Part shown: positions 8,514-17,276 of the stretch, one piece after another
Layout of the letters: each line of letters opens with the position of its first letter
Numbering within the stretch: position 1 is the first letter of the stretch
Origin: a virus
Lineage: Duplodnaviria; Caudoviricetes
Virus record (IMG/VR): IMGVR_UViG_3300031787_000556
Span: 1-31,327 of that record
Direction: 5' to 3' (one strand)
Length of the DNA stretch: 31,327 nt
Position numbers and translations under genes: made by a program
Notes under the pieces: generated by a model
What the model saw: the letters and a program-made list of their open reading frames with translations, nothing else
Told to the model about the DNA's origin: nothing
Databases searched by the model: none

Positions 8514-9740
8514 TCATTCAAACGATGCGAAATTACGATCACCCAGTCGCCTGCGTACCCGTAGCTCTTCCTCGTCCGCGCTCGTCAGTGTCGTGTTACG
8601 CGGTCTGAACTCTTCCGCGAAGGGTGTGAGGATGCCAGCAATGTCAGAAGCAAGACCGGCCTGACCCCGCTCTGCGCGGGAAAGGTTACCTTCAAGGTAG
8701 CCGGAAGTCGAACTCTGGTAGCGCGGCGGCTGCAAGCCAGCCAGACCTTGCAGCTTTGCACCGAAGGACCGCCAGTACTCATTGCCGTAGGCAGTGGACC
8801 CCATACCTGCGCCTTCGATTTGCAGCCTGCGCTCTTCAGCTTCCTTGTACTGCTTGCCAGATGCACCACCTGACATCTCAATATTACGGAGGTTCTCACT
8901 GGACTGCTGCGCCACCCGGCGCTGAACGTCAGCTTCAGCAGACTGCGCGAGGGCCGTGGGGTCAATCTGACCGTATGTGGCGACCAGCGTGTCGTAGAGT
9001 TCGCGGGCCTTCTGGTACGCAGCCATGTCGGACTGCTGAAGACGGGCCATCTCAGCCTGAAGTTCTGCCTGCGCCTGCGCGGCGTCGGCGTCCGACAGAC
9101 CGGCAACGACGGTGCCGATGGCACCCGGAGCCGCCTGAATGGCTGCGTTGAGCAGCTTGGAGCCGATGCCGGGGGTAGCCGTGGCAGAGACGGGAGTAGC
9201 AGTCACAGTGCCCGCAGAACCGGGCACCGTCTGGACGACATTCCAAGTCTCACCTGCTGCGCCAGTTACAGTACCGGCAGGGGAAATACCACCAACCGAT
9301 GGCAGGGCACCAAGGCCAGAAGCGGGTGCCTGCGACGGAGAAAGAGCGCCGAACAGCCCTCCTGTCTGGCTATAACCCGCAAAGCCGCCGCCGATAGCAC
9401 CGCCAAGAAGGCCAAGGCCAGCACCCATGAGGACGTTCTGTCCTGTGCCGTAGGCCGTCAGGGCACCTGCGGCGGCACCGAGTCCAGCGCCTGCGATGGC
9501 AGCGCCGATGGCACCTGTGGCAAGGGCTGTTCCACCAAAGATAACACCAGCAACAGCCGGGGCGATGAAGGGCACCGCGATGGACGCAGCAATACCGACG
9601 ATGGCGGCGAGGGGCTTGGCGTATTTCTTGAACGCCTTCTTGATGCTACCCCACAGGCCGAACTCGGTGAGTGCCACGGCGGGGGTCGTCATGGCCGAAG
9701 AGTGGTTCAGCGCCGACTTGATGTAAGTGATCTGGGTCAT
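8514..9740 (-). CDS. DNA ejection/pilot-like protein
   Basis: 408 aa. A basic amphipathic segment (EFGLWGSIKKAFKKYAK) is followed by long Gly/Ala-rich hydrophobic segments and a Gln/Ala helical C-terminus. ATGA overlap with the upstream gene. Confidence 0.7.
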   Translation of the reverse strand: MTQITYIKSALNHSSAMTTPAVALTEFGLWGSIKKAFKKYAKPLAAIVGIAASIAVPFIAPAVAGVIFGGTALATGAIGAAIAGAGLGAAAGALTAYGTGQNVLMGAGLGLLGGAIGGGFAGYSQTGGLFGALSPSQAPASGLGALPSVGGISPAGTVTGAAGETWNVVQTVPGSAGTVTATPVSATATPGIGSKLLNAAIQAAPGAIGTVVAGLSDADAAQAQAELQAEMARLQQSDMAAYQKARELYDTLVATYGQIDPTALAQSAEADVQRRVAQQSSENLRNIEMSGGASGKQYKEAEERRLQIEGAGMGSTAYGNEYWRSFGAKLQGLAGLQPPRYQSSTSGYLEGNLSRAERGQAGLASDIAGILTPFAEEFRPRNTTLTSADEEELRVRRRLGDRNFASFE

Positions 9741-10726
9741 GCCTGCACCTTATCCTTACCGATGAGCTTGTCGAAGAACTCCGTGCCCTTGCGCTCCACG
9801 ACGTGCTTCGGGATGACGTACTCACCACCGGAGACGCGGATCGGGATGTCGTCGGCGCGGCCTGTGTTGTCGCCCGTGGGGCTGCGGGTCATGGGGATGT
9901 GCCCGCCTTCCTTCATCATGGCAGTCGCGCCCTGCGGGGCGGGAGTAGCAGGAGCCTGCTGCATTGCACCACCGGCCTGCTGCATCGCAGTACCAGCCAC
10001 GATGAGCGAGAAGACGATGCCCTGATCGTATTGCATGGGCAGGTCTTCTTCGTCAGCCAAGTCCTGCTGGATCGCCATCTGGCGAAGGCGGGGGTAGAGT
10101 TCAGGGTTCTGGGCGGCGGCGACCGCCATCTGAACCAGCATCGTGATCTGCTGCGGGGTCACGTCACCCGACTGGACGCCCTCCATCAGAGACTCACGGA
10201 TGAGTTGTATTGCCTGCGGGTTCGCCTGCGCGAACTTCTGGGCTTCCTGCTGAAGCTGCTGGAGCGACATGCGCTGGGGTGCAGCCCCGCCTGATGGAGC
10301 AAGACCGGGCTGTTGGGGTGCCATACCGGCCTGCGGCGGGGCTGCACTGGGGGCAGGAGGCACCATTCCCCCGTCTGCGTACTTACCCTGCTGAGCTACC
10401 ATCATCGCCGCCTGATCTGGCTGGTAGCCCTTGTTAACCAGATTAACAATCTGGTTCAGAGTGTTCATGTCGTCAGGCAATCCAGCTTTTGTCGCGGCAC
10501 GAACAAAAACACCCCCGTCCAGTTTCGCCGCAGGCATGACCTTGCCCCCGTCTGCGTAAGCGGGCGGCATACCCGGTGCGCGAATGTTGAGTGTCGACCC
10601 CGACATGGGGGTCGAAGACCCAACTGGCGCAGCAGTCGCCATTGGATTGACATTGACATAGGGGTTCTGGGGCAGGAGTCTGCGGATGTCGAACCCGCCC
10701 TCTGGATTAAGCCCACCTCTCTTCAT
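9737..10726 (-). CDS. Putative internal virion/ejection protein with xADGG motifs
   Basis: 329 aa, rich in Pro/Gln/Met, with two YADGG motifs and a C-terminal TGRADDIPIRVSGGEYVIPKHVV motif. AGGAG RBS upstream. Confidence 0.65.
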   Translation of the reverse strand: MKRGGLNPEGGFDIRRLLPQNPYVNVNPMATAAPVGSSTPMSGSTLNIRAPGMPPAYADGGKVMPAAKLDGGVFVRAATKAGLPDDMNTLNQIVNLVNKGYQPDQAAMMVAQQGKYADGGMVPPAPSAAPPQAGMAPQQPGLAPSGGAAPQRMSLQQLQQEAQKFAQANPQAIQLIRESLMEGVQSGDVTPQQITMLVQMAVAAAQNPELYPRLRQMAIQQDLADEEDLPMQYDQGIVFSLIVAGTAMQQAGGAMQQAPATPAPQGATAMMKEGGHIPMTRSPTGDNTGRADDIPIRVSGGEYVIPKHVVERKGTEFFDKLIGKDKVQA

Positions 10727-10740
10727 GCCATGTCTCCTGA

Positions 10741-11046
10741 TCAGCTACGAAGCTGTGCGACGAGTATGTTTACCGTATCGCGCAATGCTTGTACATCGTT
10801 AATGAGGACCTGCAAAGTGGCTGCTATCTGAGCGATGTCAGTGGCAGCAGCCCCGGAAACTGCAACCGGAGTTGCACTCCCAGCCGGGGCACCCGCAACC
10901 GTGACTTGCCCGGATACGATAGCCTTGCTGACACGGGTACTCTGCCCGGTGAGCAGGTTGATATTCTCGTGGATCGCAGCCAGCAGGCGATACTCGGCCT
11001 CGGTGAGGCCAGACTGCGGAACCGGAGGAAGAGCAGCAAAACTCAT
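10741..11046 (-). CDS. Small virion structural protein with a C-terminal coiled coil
   Basis: 101 aa, ATGA-coupled to the upstream nozzle-like gene, with heptad-like IAQIAATLQVLINDVQALRDTVNILVAQL. Confidence 0.7.
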   Translation of the reverse strand: MSFAALPPVPQSGLTEAEYRLLAAIHENINLLTGQSTRVSKAIVSGQVTVAGAPAGSATPVAVSGAAATDIAQIAATLQVLINDVQALRDTVNILVAQLRS

Positions 11047-13661
11047 ACGTTCACCAATCCTGCTGGGGTCTCACCGAAGTGGATCGACCGGATGCGGGCA
11101 GAACCTGACACCGACACCTCGAACGTATCGGACTTGTACCCTGTGGGGAGACGGAAGATGTCAGAGTCCGAGATCACCACATCTGCGATCTGTATCTTGT
11201 TGGCCCAGAGCTTGAAGTTCACGAAGTAGGAACCGACCGGTTCGAGGCGGTACTGCATGAACTGGTCGCCATTGAACATCACCGTGTTGAGCGTGCCGAG
11301 CGGATCGACCGTGGTCAGCGTATCCGGGTCAGTGTAGCTGAGCGGGCCGTTGAGAACGCCAAGTTGCGGGACATAGGTCCACAGGGTCGTGTTGAACGCG
11401 ACGACTTCGAGGTTGAACGCCGTAATCGCATCGGCTTCTTCCGAAGACGAACTGTAGTCCGCAACGACGCGGGCAGCGCCGATGTTCATATAGCCCTTGT
11501 CAACGAAGACCTTGGACTTCCATTCCAGTGACAGAAGCGGCTGATCGGAAGCATCCCACTCATAGATGATATCAACATCATCGGTGGTGAAGTAGAACTT
11601 GTCGTAGCGCCCGTCGTAATAGGACGCGCTGAACCTGATGGGCGTCGTGACGAACACACCGCCGACCTGATCGTCTCGCTCAAAGATGAACGAACCATCG
11701 CTGTGCGAACAGAAATACTTGCCGTTATAGAACTCAGCAATCATCGTCGTGGGGTCGTATGCTTCCTTCCACGAGTCGAAGTCGTAGAGTGCCTTGGTGA
11801 CGAGAACTGCGCCCGTATCCGGGCCATACATGGCGATGCCGCCCCACGTCGGATACATGACGGAGGTGCCCATATTGGTCACGCCGCGCTTCGAGGTGCA
11901 AGGCAGCGGGATGTCGATGCGGCGCGAACCCATGTTCTCAGGAACAGTACCGTCAACGATATACGGGTATTCCGTGGTCATCACGAGGATCGAACCCGCG
12001 ACCGGCGCGACGGCGACGATGGGGTACTCGAACACAAGGCGATAGGCAATCGGCCAAGACCACGGACGCCCCGGCTCCGAGAAGCAGAGTTCGTTCTCCA
12101 CGAAGCCGATCAGGATGTTGTTGTGGGCCATGGCGAGGCCCTTCATGTTCGCATCCGGCGCATCGGCATTGACAGTGTCCAGACCGATGCTCAGACCGCT
12201 GACATCGTAGTCATCCACAAATGTGGTGGACTCATAGTACCGCGAGGTGGAACTGTCGGGTTCCGCGATATCCCAGAACAGCGTGCCTGCCGATGTGGCG
12301 GTCGTCGCCTTGTTCGTACCGGTGCTGGCGTAAGTGAAGGTGTACTTGTCTACGACGGACGCGACGAGGGCGTCGGTCGCATTGAAGCTCGTGTCGGGTG
12401 ATCCACCGAAGGCTACGCTCGTGATCTTGATCTTGTCGCCTACGACAAGCATGTGCGGATGTGTGGTCTTGACCGTCGCCACGTTCGTCGTGCGCGAAGC
12501 GGACACCAGTGTGTTGGAGAAGTACACGGTCTTGAGGCGAAGATACGCCGTGCCCGTCGCACCGGTCACCGTGCGATAAAGGCGGAACCCACGGACGTTG
12601 TTGTTTCCCGAAGGCTTCGCGGTCGGGAGAGTGCCGACAGTGACAACCTGCCCTTCGCGGATGTAGATCGCATCAGACGGTTCGCTGGGGATCGACTCTT
12701 CACCCCACGGGGTCAGCCAAGTGTACACATACTTGCGGCTCTGCGGATTACCCGCGAGATTGATCTTGCCGGTCGAGACAGAGATTGTCGGCGTCTTGGG
12801 ACCAATGGACGGGTAGGTGAACGTCGTGCTGTCCACCACCGTGACTTCAGCTTCGTTGGTGTTGAAGTCGTATAGGCCGACGTAGACATCGGGCGTGCCG
12901 GTAGTTGCACCGTTGTTCGCCGGGTCCTCGAAGGTGAAGGTGTTGGTGCCGGTGTTCGTGATGACATAGGTCCCGGTCTGGACAAGACCGTTCTGGTTCG
13001 TCACCGCTGCCGTCGTCCACGGCTCAAAGGTCATGTAAAGCTGCGTGCCGGTGTCATAACCATGGCCGTTGAGGGTGACGGTGACCGTGCTGCCGGTACG
13101 TGAATACGTACCGGTGCGATAGGTCAACTTGGCAACGCTGATGTTCGTGCCAGTGATGAGGCCATGCGCTGCCGTCGTGACGATCTTTGCAGTGTTGTTG
13201 CCGTCGCGCTCAATCGTGCTGGTCGTCTTCTCGGAAAACGCCGTGAACGAAGTGGTCGGCTTCACCGAAGGGAGGGGGAGTCCAAGGTCATACGAAGACG
13301 CCGGATACGGCCCGCCACCGCTGATCGCCATCGCGTAGTCGGTAACCTTCGGAGCGCCGTCACCCGTGTAGTAGATGCGCTGCTCGTTCTCTTCCAGCGT
13401 CGTCGGTACGGCGATATCAACGTCAGTCAGCCACGACAGCCACTTGTTGATCGTCGGATCGTTGGGATCGCGCATCGGGTAGATGGTCTGCGCCGTGCCA
13501 GCACGAAACGTGTCACCCACATCTTTCGGATTGCGGTAAGGGATAAGATCGCCAGAGTAGAGCTTGGCATTCACGGCAACCTGCGCAAACTGCGCACCAA
13601 GAAGCTCCGGGGAAATCTTCGGCGCGATACCCAGAAAGTTTGAAATCTTGATGCCAGCCAT
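11043..13661 (-). CDS. Tail nozzle / tail tubular B-like (DNA stabilisation) protein with inserted beta-rich domains
   Basis: 872 aa, located between the adaptor/fibre genes and the ejection genes. Motifs include FLGIAPKISPELL, YVYTWLTPWGEESIPS, NELCFSEPGRPWSWP and WKSKVF..FRLPTGYK, plus three Thr-rich HGxxxG modules. Confidence 0.7.
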   Translation of the reverse strand: MAGIKISNFLGIAPKISPELLGAQFAQVAVNAKLYSGDLIPYRNPKDVGDTFRAGTAQTIYPMRDPNDPTINKWLSWLTDVDIAVPTTLEENEQRIYYTGDGAPKVTDYAMAISGGGPYPASSYDLGLPLPSVKPTTSFTAFSEKTTSTIERDGNNTAKIVTTAAHGLITGTNISVAKLTYRTGTYSRTGSTVTVTLNGHGYDTGTQLYMTFEPWTTAAVTNQNGLVQTGTYVITNTGTNTFTFEDPANNGATTGTPDVYVGLYDFNTNEAEVTVVDSTTFTYPSIGPKTPTISVSTGKINLAGNPQSRKYVYTWLTPWGEESIPSEPSDAIYIREGQVVTVGTLPTAKPSGNNNVRGFRLYRTVTGATGTAYLRLKTVYFSNTLVSASRTTNVATVKTTHPHMLVVGDKIKITSVAFGGSPDTSFNATDALVASVVDKYTFTYASTGTNKATTATSAGTLFWDIAEPDSSTSRYYESTTFVDDYDVSGLSIGLDTVNADAPDANMKGLAMAHNNILIGFVENELCFSEPGRPWSWPIAYRLVFEYPIVAVAPVAGSILVMTTEYPYIVDGTVPENMGSRRIDIPLPCTSKRGVTNMGTSVMYPTWGGIAMYGPDTGAVLVTKALYDFDSWKEAYDPTTMIAEFYNGKYFCSHSDGSFIFERDDQVGGVFVTTPIRFSASYYDGRYDKFYFTTDDVDIIYEWDASDQPLLSLEWKSKVFVDKGYMNIGAARVVADYSSSSEEADAITAFNLEVVAFNTTLWTYVPQLGVLNGPLSYTDPDTLTTVDPLGTLNTVMFNGDQFMQYRLEPVGSYFVNFKLWANKIQIADVVISDSDIFRLPTGYKSDTFEVSVSGSARIRSIHFGETPAGLVNV

Positions 13662-13906
13662 TACCGCCGATCCCTACACCGCTTCTTGAAGTTATCCCAC
13701 TCCCCGCCGCGTCGAATACACTCGTGCATCCGTGCTTCGACCTCCGGGGTGTTGCGCCGCAGGTACTCGAAAATCTTCGGCTTCAGCGCCGTGAACACGC
13801 GGACACCGAACTCAATCCAGAAGGAAGGGCGACGGCCATATATGAACGCACCGGCCAGAAGGCCGATGCACACCAACAGGACCGCCACTCCCTCCTGCCA
13901 AGCCAT
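13661..13906 (-). CDS. Membrane-anchored lysis-cassette protein (possible spanin-like accessory)
   Basis: ATG 13906 directly follows the upstream TGA. 81 aa with an N-terminal TM (GVAVLLVCIGLLAGAFIY) and a C-terminal CIRRGGEWDNFKKRC. TAATG overlap with the next gene. Confidence 0.6.
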   Translation of the reverse strand: MAWQEGVAVLLVCIGLLAGAFIYGRRPSFWIEFGVRVFTALKPKIFEYLRRNTPEVEARMHECIRRGGEWDNFKKRCRDRR

Positions 13907-13907
13907 G

Positions 13908-14078
13908 TCACGCCTTCTTGTTGGGGATCGCCCAGACAAGAACCGGGGTCAGCAGACCGATGATGGTCGTCACCGTTTCGGCGCTGATCCAAGAAAGGTT
14001 GAACCCAGTGTAGGTCTGCACGATGAACAGCAGGCCCATGATGAGTGCGACGAGCGCCTTGTCAATCGAAGTGAACAT
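13908..14078 (-). CDS. Holin-like two-TM protein
   Basis: AGGAG RBS before ATG 14078. 56 aa (MFTSIDKALVALIMGLLFIV...IIGLLTPVLVWAIPNKKA) with two hydrophobic helices and a basic tail, directly after the endolysin. Confidence 0.65.
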   Translation of the reverse strand: MFTSIDKALVALIMGLLFIVQTYTGFNLSWISAETVTTIIGLLTPVLVWAIPNKKA

Positions 14079-14092
14079 ACACGTCTCCTGTG

Positions 14093-14500
14093 TTAGCCGG
14101 GGTACTTCTTCCACGGCAGTTGAAAATGTGGTTTGTCGCTGAAGGTTTTCCAGTCGCCGCCCCACTCAACCGGGACACCGACATCCTTCGCGGCCTTCTT
14201 CACGATGGGGCCGAGTTGCTTGAACAGTGGCTCATCCCAACGGACCTTGCCGTTGAGCTTGATGGCAAAATCGACTGCGTGGGAGAGTTTATTGGTCTTG
14301 CCCGGTAAGTGCCGGGAGCGCATCGTCTTGGATGCGCCTGCGGCGACGAGAACCTTCTGCTCCGCAAGAGTGCGCAGCGAACAGGTGATGAAAAAAATGC
14401 GGTCCTTGTGCGGCCAGATGGCGGCAGCACGGCGCACCACCCGCGCAAGATCGGGGTGGAGCTTCTTGAGATGGGCTTCGTCCTTGGGCGTCAGCTTCAC
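14093..14500 (-). CDS. Endolysin, M15-family (L-Ala-D-Glu peptidase-like)
   Basis: Motifs LRTLAEQ, SRH...HAVDF and WGGDWKTFSDKPHFQL are typical of M15 Zn peptidases. GTGA overlap with the upstream gene. Confidence 0.9.
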   Translation of the reverse strand: MKLTPKDEAHLKKLHPDLARVVRRAAAIWPHKDRIFFITCSLRTLAEQKVLVAAGASKTMRSRHLPGKTNKLSHAVDFAIKLNGKVRWDEPLFKQLGPIVKKAAKDVGVPVEWGGDWKTFSDKPHFQLPWKKYPG

Positions 14501-14736
14501 TTGCGCAGGGCCTCCTCTATCGAACTCAGCTTGTCCATGATGGCACGACTGGTCTCTCGGATTTCCTTGATCTCACGGTCATGCGACAGTTTCGCAGACG
14601 CAGTCTCAGCTTTCAGGACCGCGATATCCGTGTGGTGTGTCTGCTGTTTCTGGTAAAGCACCCAGACGAACGCAGCCACTGGGGCTACGATCCACTGCAT
14701 GATCACGTTCAGTACTCTCAGAGCTTCGCTGTCCAT
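14497..14736 (-). CDS. Single-TM coiled-coil protein, holin/antiholin-like
   Basis: TM segment VIMQWIVAPVAAFVWVLY followed by a coiled coil, immediately upstream of the endolysin. GGAG spacing favours ATG 14736 over GTG 14748. Confidence 0.6.
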   Translation of the reverse strand: MDSEALRVLNVIMQWIVAPVAAFVWVLYQKQQTHHTDIAVLKAETASAKLSHDREIKEIRETSRAIMDKLSSIEEALRK

Positions 14737-14744
14737 GAGGGGGA

Positions 14745-15824
14745 TCACTCCAACACCTTAGAAATTCTGACGATGGTGTAGACTTCGGTGCTAAACCCGC
14801 AGGCACGACCAAACCCAACTGTTGCTGTTGATGCCGAACCACGATGTCTGATCTCGAACGCCTTACTCGCCGCGATGGTAACAACCGCACACCCAGAACT
14901 CTCATTACCCGCGTAATCACCGCCGTTGTTAGAGAATGCACTTTGCCCTCTGGCAACTACTACGGCGTCCGTGACGTTATAGAGTAGTGATTGATGCGAG
15001 TCCACTTTATAGGCCGGTGCCGACCACTCGATGAAGTAGGTCCCAGCAGGGAGCGTGAAGCGGTTCGAGGAAAGAGAAGCGAGTGAGTTGAGGTTGCGGA
15101 CCAGTGTATTCAGTGTCCGCGTCCGGTCTTCGGTGTTGTTGAACGTGCCGCCGTCAGTACCCGAGGTCTTCTGGTCTTGGATGATCACATCCGGTGCATA
15201 GGACGGCTTGCCCCATGCGACGTTAGCAGCAGCGCCACCTGACACCAAAGCCTGAACGGCAGTGCCCGGAGCCAGAACTACCCAGCCGCTGGCCCCACGG
15301 TATGCGACGTTGCCTTGCGTGGTGCCCAGAAAGTCGAGAAGCTGCGAAGCAGTGATCTCTTCGACATCACCTGAGAGTGCCGACGAGCGCCCCAGCGCAC
15401 GGGCTGTGGCGATGTTCTGGATTTTGGCGAAGGTAACGGCGTCGGCGGCAATCTTGGCTGTCTCAACCGCATTACTCGCAAGTTTTGCCGCCGTGACAGT
15501 GCCATCACCGGGCGTGATGCCGTCGCGGATATCTTGGATCAGCGCAGCGGTGATGCGGAGTTCGATGCGAGAGCCAGAGGAGTAAGCCCGCGCCGTCGTC
15601 CCGTCCTGCGCACGCACCACGGTAAGCGTGTCGGTCGAACGGGCAGTGACCTTGACCACTTCCAGATTGTTGGAGGTATCGATCAGTGTTGCGTAGAAGT
15701 AATCACCGCCAGAGATCACGGGGAACCGCGAACCAGTTCCGGCAGCAAGTGAGATCGACGTGGCGACATCCGTGATCGTGGACGCCAGTGTGCTGTAGGC
15801 GTTGTTCTTCACCAAAACGGCCAT
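14745..15824 (-). CDS. Tail fibre / receptor-binding-like protein
   Basis: GGAG RBS before ATG 15824. N-terminus NNAYSTLAS...EVVKVTARSTDTLTVVRAQDGT, then VTAAKLA/VETAKIA/VTFAKI fibre repeats and a C-terminal beta domain (FTLPAGTYFIEW). Confidence 0.75.
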   Translation of the reverse strand: MAVLVKNNAYSTLASTITDVATSISLAAGTGSRFPVISGGDYFYATLIDTSNNLEVVKVTARSTDTLTVVRAQDGTTARAYSSGSRIELRITAALIQDIRDGITPGDGTVTAAKLASNAVETAKIAADAVTFAKIQNIATARALGRSSALSGDVEEITASQLLDFLGTTQGNVAYRGASGWVVLAPGTAVQALVSGGAAANVAWGKPSYAPDVIIQDQKTSGTDGGTFNNTEDRTRTLNTLVRNLNSLASLSSNRFTLPAGTYFIEWSAPAYKVDSHQSLLYNVTDAVVVARGQSAFSNNGGDYAGNESSGCAVVTIAASKAFEIRHRGSASTATVGFGRACGFSTEVYTIVRISKVLE

Positions 15825-15848
15825 GTCGATCTCCAAAAGCTTGCGTAT

Positions 15849-15876
15849 GTTATACTAATACGTGCGGACATATCAA
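15849..15876 (-). promoter_or_regulatory. Putative sigma70-like internal promoter upstream of the fibre and lysis genes
   Basis: TTGATA-N16-TATAAC in a ~48-bp AT-rich intergenic gap, overlapped by an imperfect palindrome CGTAT...ATACG. Confidence 0.45.
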
Positions 15877-17276
15877 GCGGCTTCCCTCTCGGCTACCACA
15901 TCCCAGCAGGTGTCGAACGTAACTCGCGGGTAGGAGACAGAAGCGACGAGCCGGGGGCTTGCAACAGACGCAGCCAGTCGGAGGTTACTTACAACCGCTG
16001 GTGTGTTATGTACCTCATACGATGCCTTAAGATACGTGTAAGTTGCAGTAGCCCGCAGCTTTACAACTGGCTCAATTGTCACGTCTGCGACAATTGCCGC
16101 AACCGACGCCGTGGCCCTGATAACGCAAGGTGCCTCAAAGAGGCTCTTTACAATCGTAGCCTGTACGGTGTCACCAGCTTGGGTCTGATCCAGCGTGGCA
16201 AACGTCGTGGCTTCGACAGAACTAACCGATACGTTGTTGGCTTGCGTCTGAGATAGTACAGCCTTGACCGCGACGGCGGCTGTCGCGCTGACGCTGTCGC
16301 CAGCTTGGGTCCGCGAAAGCGTACCGGCAACCCTGACCGCCGCCGTGGCGACGACGGTGTTACTTGCCTGCGTCTGGGACAGCGTAGCAAACGTCGTGGC
16401 TTCGATAGAAGCACTGACACTGTCGCCAGCTTGGGTTTGCGAAAGGGTAGCCTTGACCGCGACAGCCGCTGTCGCGCTGCCGCTGTCACCGGCTTGGGTC
16501 TGCGAGAGTGCAGCCTTGACCGCGACAGCCGCCGTCGCGCTGACACTGTCGCCAGCTTGGGTCTGTGAGAGTGTAGCCTTGACCGCGACAGCCGCTGTCG
16601 CGCTGACGCTGTCACCGACTTGGGTCTGTGAGAGATCAGCCTTGACCGCGACAGCCGCCGTCGCGCTGACGCTGTCATTAGCTTGGGTCTGCGAGAGATC
16701 GGCCTTGACCGCGACAGCCGCCGTCGCGCTGACGCTGTCGCCAGCTTGGGTTTGCGAGAGATCGGCCTTGACTGCGACAGCCGCCGTCGCGCTAACACTG
16801 TCACCAGCTTGGGTCTGCGAGAGATCGGCCTTAACAGCAACAGCCGCCGTCGCGCTGACAGTGTTGTCATCTTGGGTCTTATCAAGGTTGGCGACCGTAC
16901 CAGTGGATAGCGTGTACTCGGCGCTAACGGTATCACCAGCTTGGGTCTGTGAAAGGGTAGCCTTGACCGCGACAGCCGCTGTCGCGCTGACACTGTCACC
17001 GGCTTGGGTCTGTGAAAGATCGGCCTTGACCGCGACGGCGGCTGTCGCGCTGACACTGTCGCCAGCTTGGGTCTGTGAAAGTGTAGCCTTGACCGCGACG
17101 GCGGCTGTCGCGCTGACACTGTCACCAGCTTGGGTCTGCGAGAGTACAGCCTTGACCGTGACAGCCGCCGTCGCGCTGACACTGTCACCAGCCTGCGTGG
17201 CAGACACGCTCGCATTAACACCGGCTGAAGGAGCCGCTGCTAAGGGTAGTTTTGCGAGGGCGTCAAAACCAAGCAT
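15873..17276 (-). CDS. Virion-associated repeat protein (21-aa tandem repeats)
   Basis: 467 aa with N-terminus MLGFDALAKLPLA, then ~17 copies of SQTQAGDSVSATAAVAVKAxL. Located in the tail appendage module. Confidence 0.8.
   Translation of the reverse strand: MLGFDALAKLPLAAAPSAGVNASVSATQAGDSVSATAAVTVKAVLSQTQAGDSVSATAAVAVKATLSQTQAGDSVSATAAVAVKADLSQTQAGDSVSATAAVAVKATLSQTQAGDTVSAEYTLSTGTVANLDKTQDDNTVSATAAVAVKADLSQTQAGDSVSATAAVAVKADLSQTQAGDSVSATAAVAVKADLSQTQANDSVSATAAVAVKADLSQTQVGDSVSATAAVAVKATLSQTQAGDSVSATAAVAVKAALSQTQAGDSGSATAAVAVKATLSQTQAGDSVSASIEATTFATLSQTQASNTVVATAAVRVAGTLSRTQAGDSVSATAAVAVKAVLSQTQANNVSVSSVEATTFATLDQTQAGDTVQATIVKSLFEAPCVIRATASVAAIVADVTIEPVVKLRATATYTYLKASYEVHNTPAVVSNLRLAASVASPRLVASVSYPRVTFDTCWDVVAEREAA
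16150..17205 (-). repeat. 63-bp coding tandem repeat, ~17 units
   Basis: Recurrent gccttgaccgcgacagccgccgtcgcgctgacactgtcgccagcttgggtctg with synonymous variation and a few divergent units. Boundaries are approximate. Confidence 0.95.

Noticed and set aside
14736-14748. Lambda S-type dual-start holin/antiholin motif (GTG-Ile-Pro-Leu-ATG)
   Set aside because: The extension has no basic residue, and the RBS spacing favours only the ATG.
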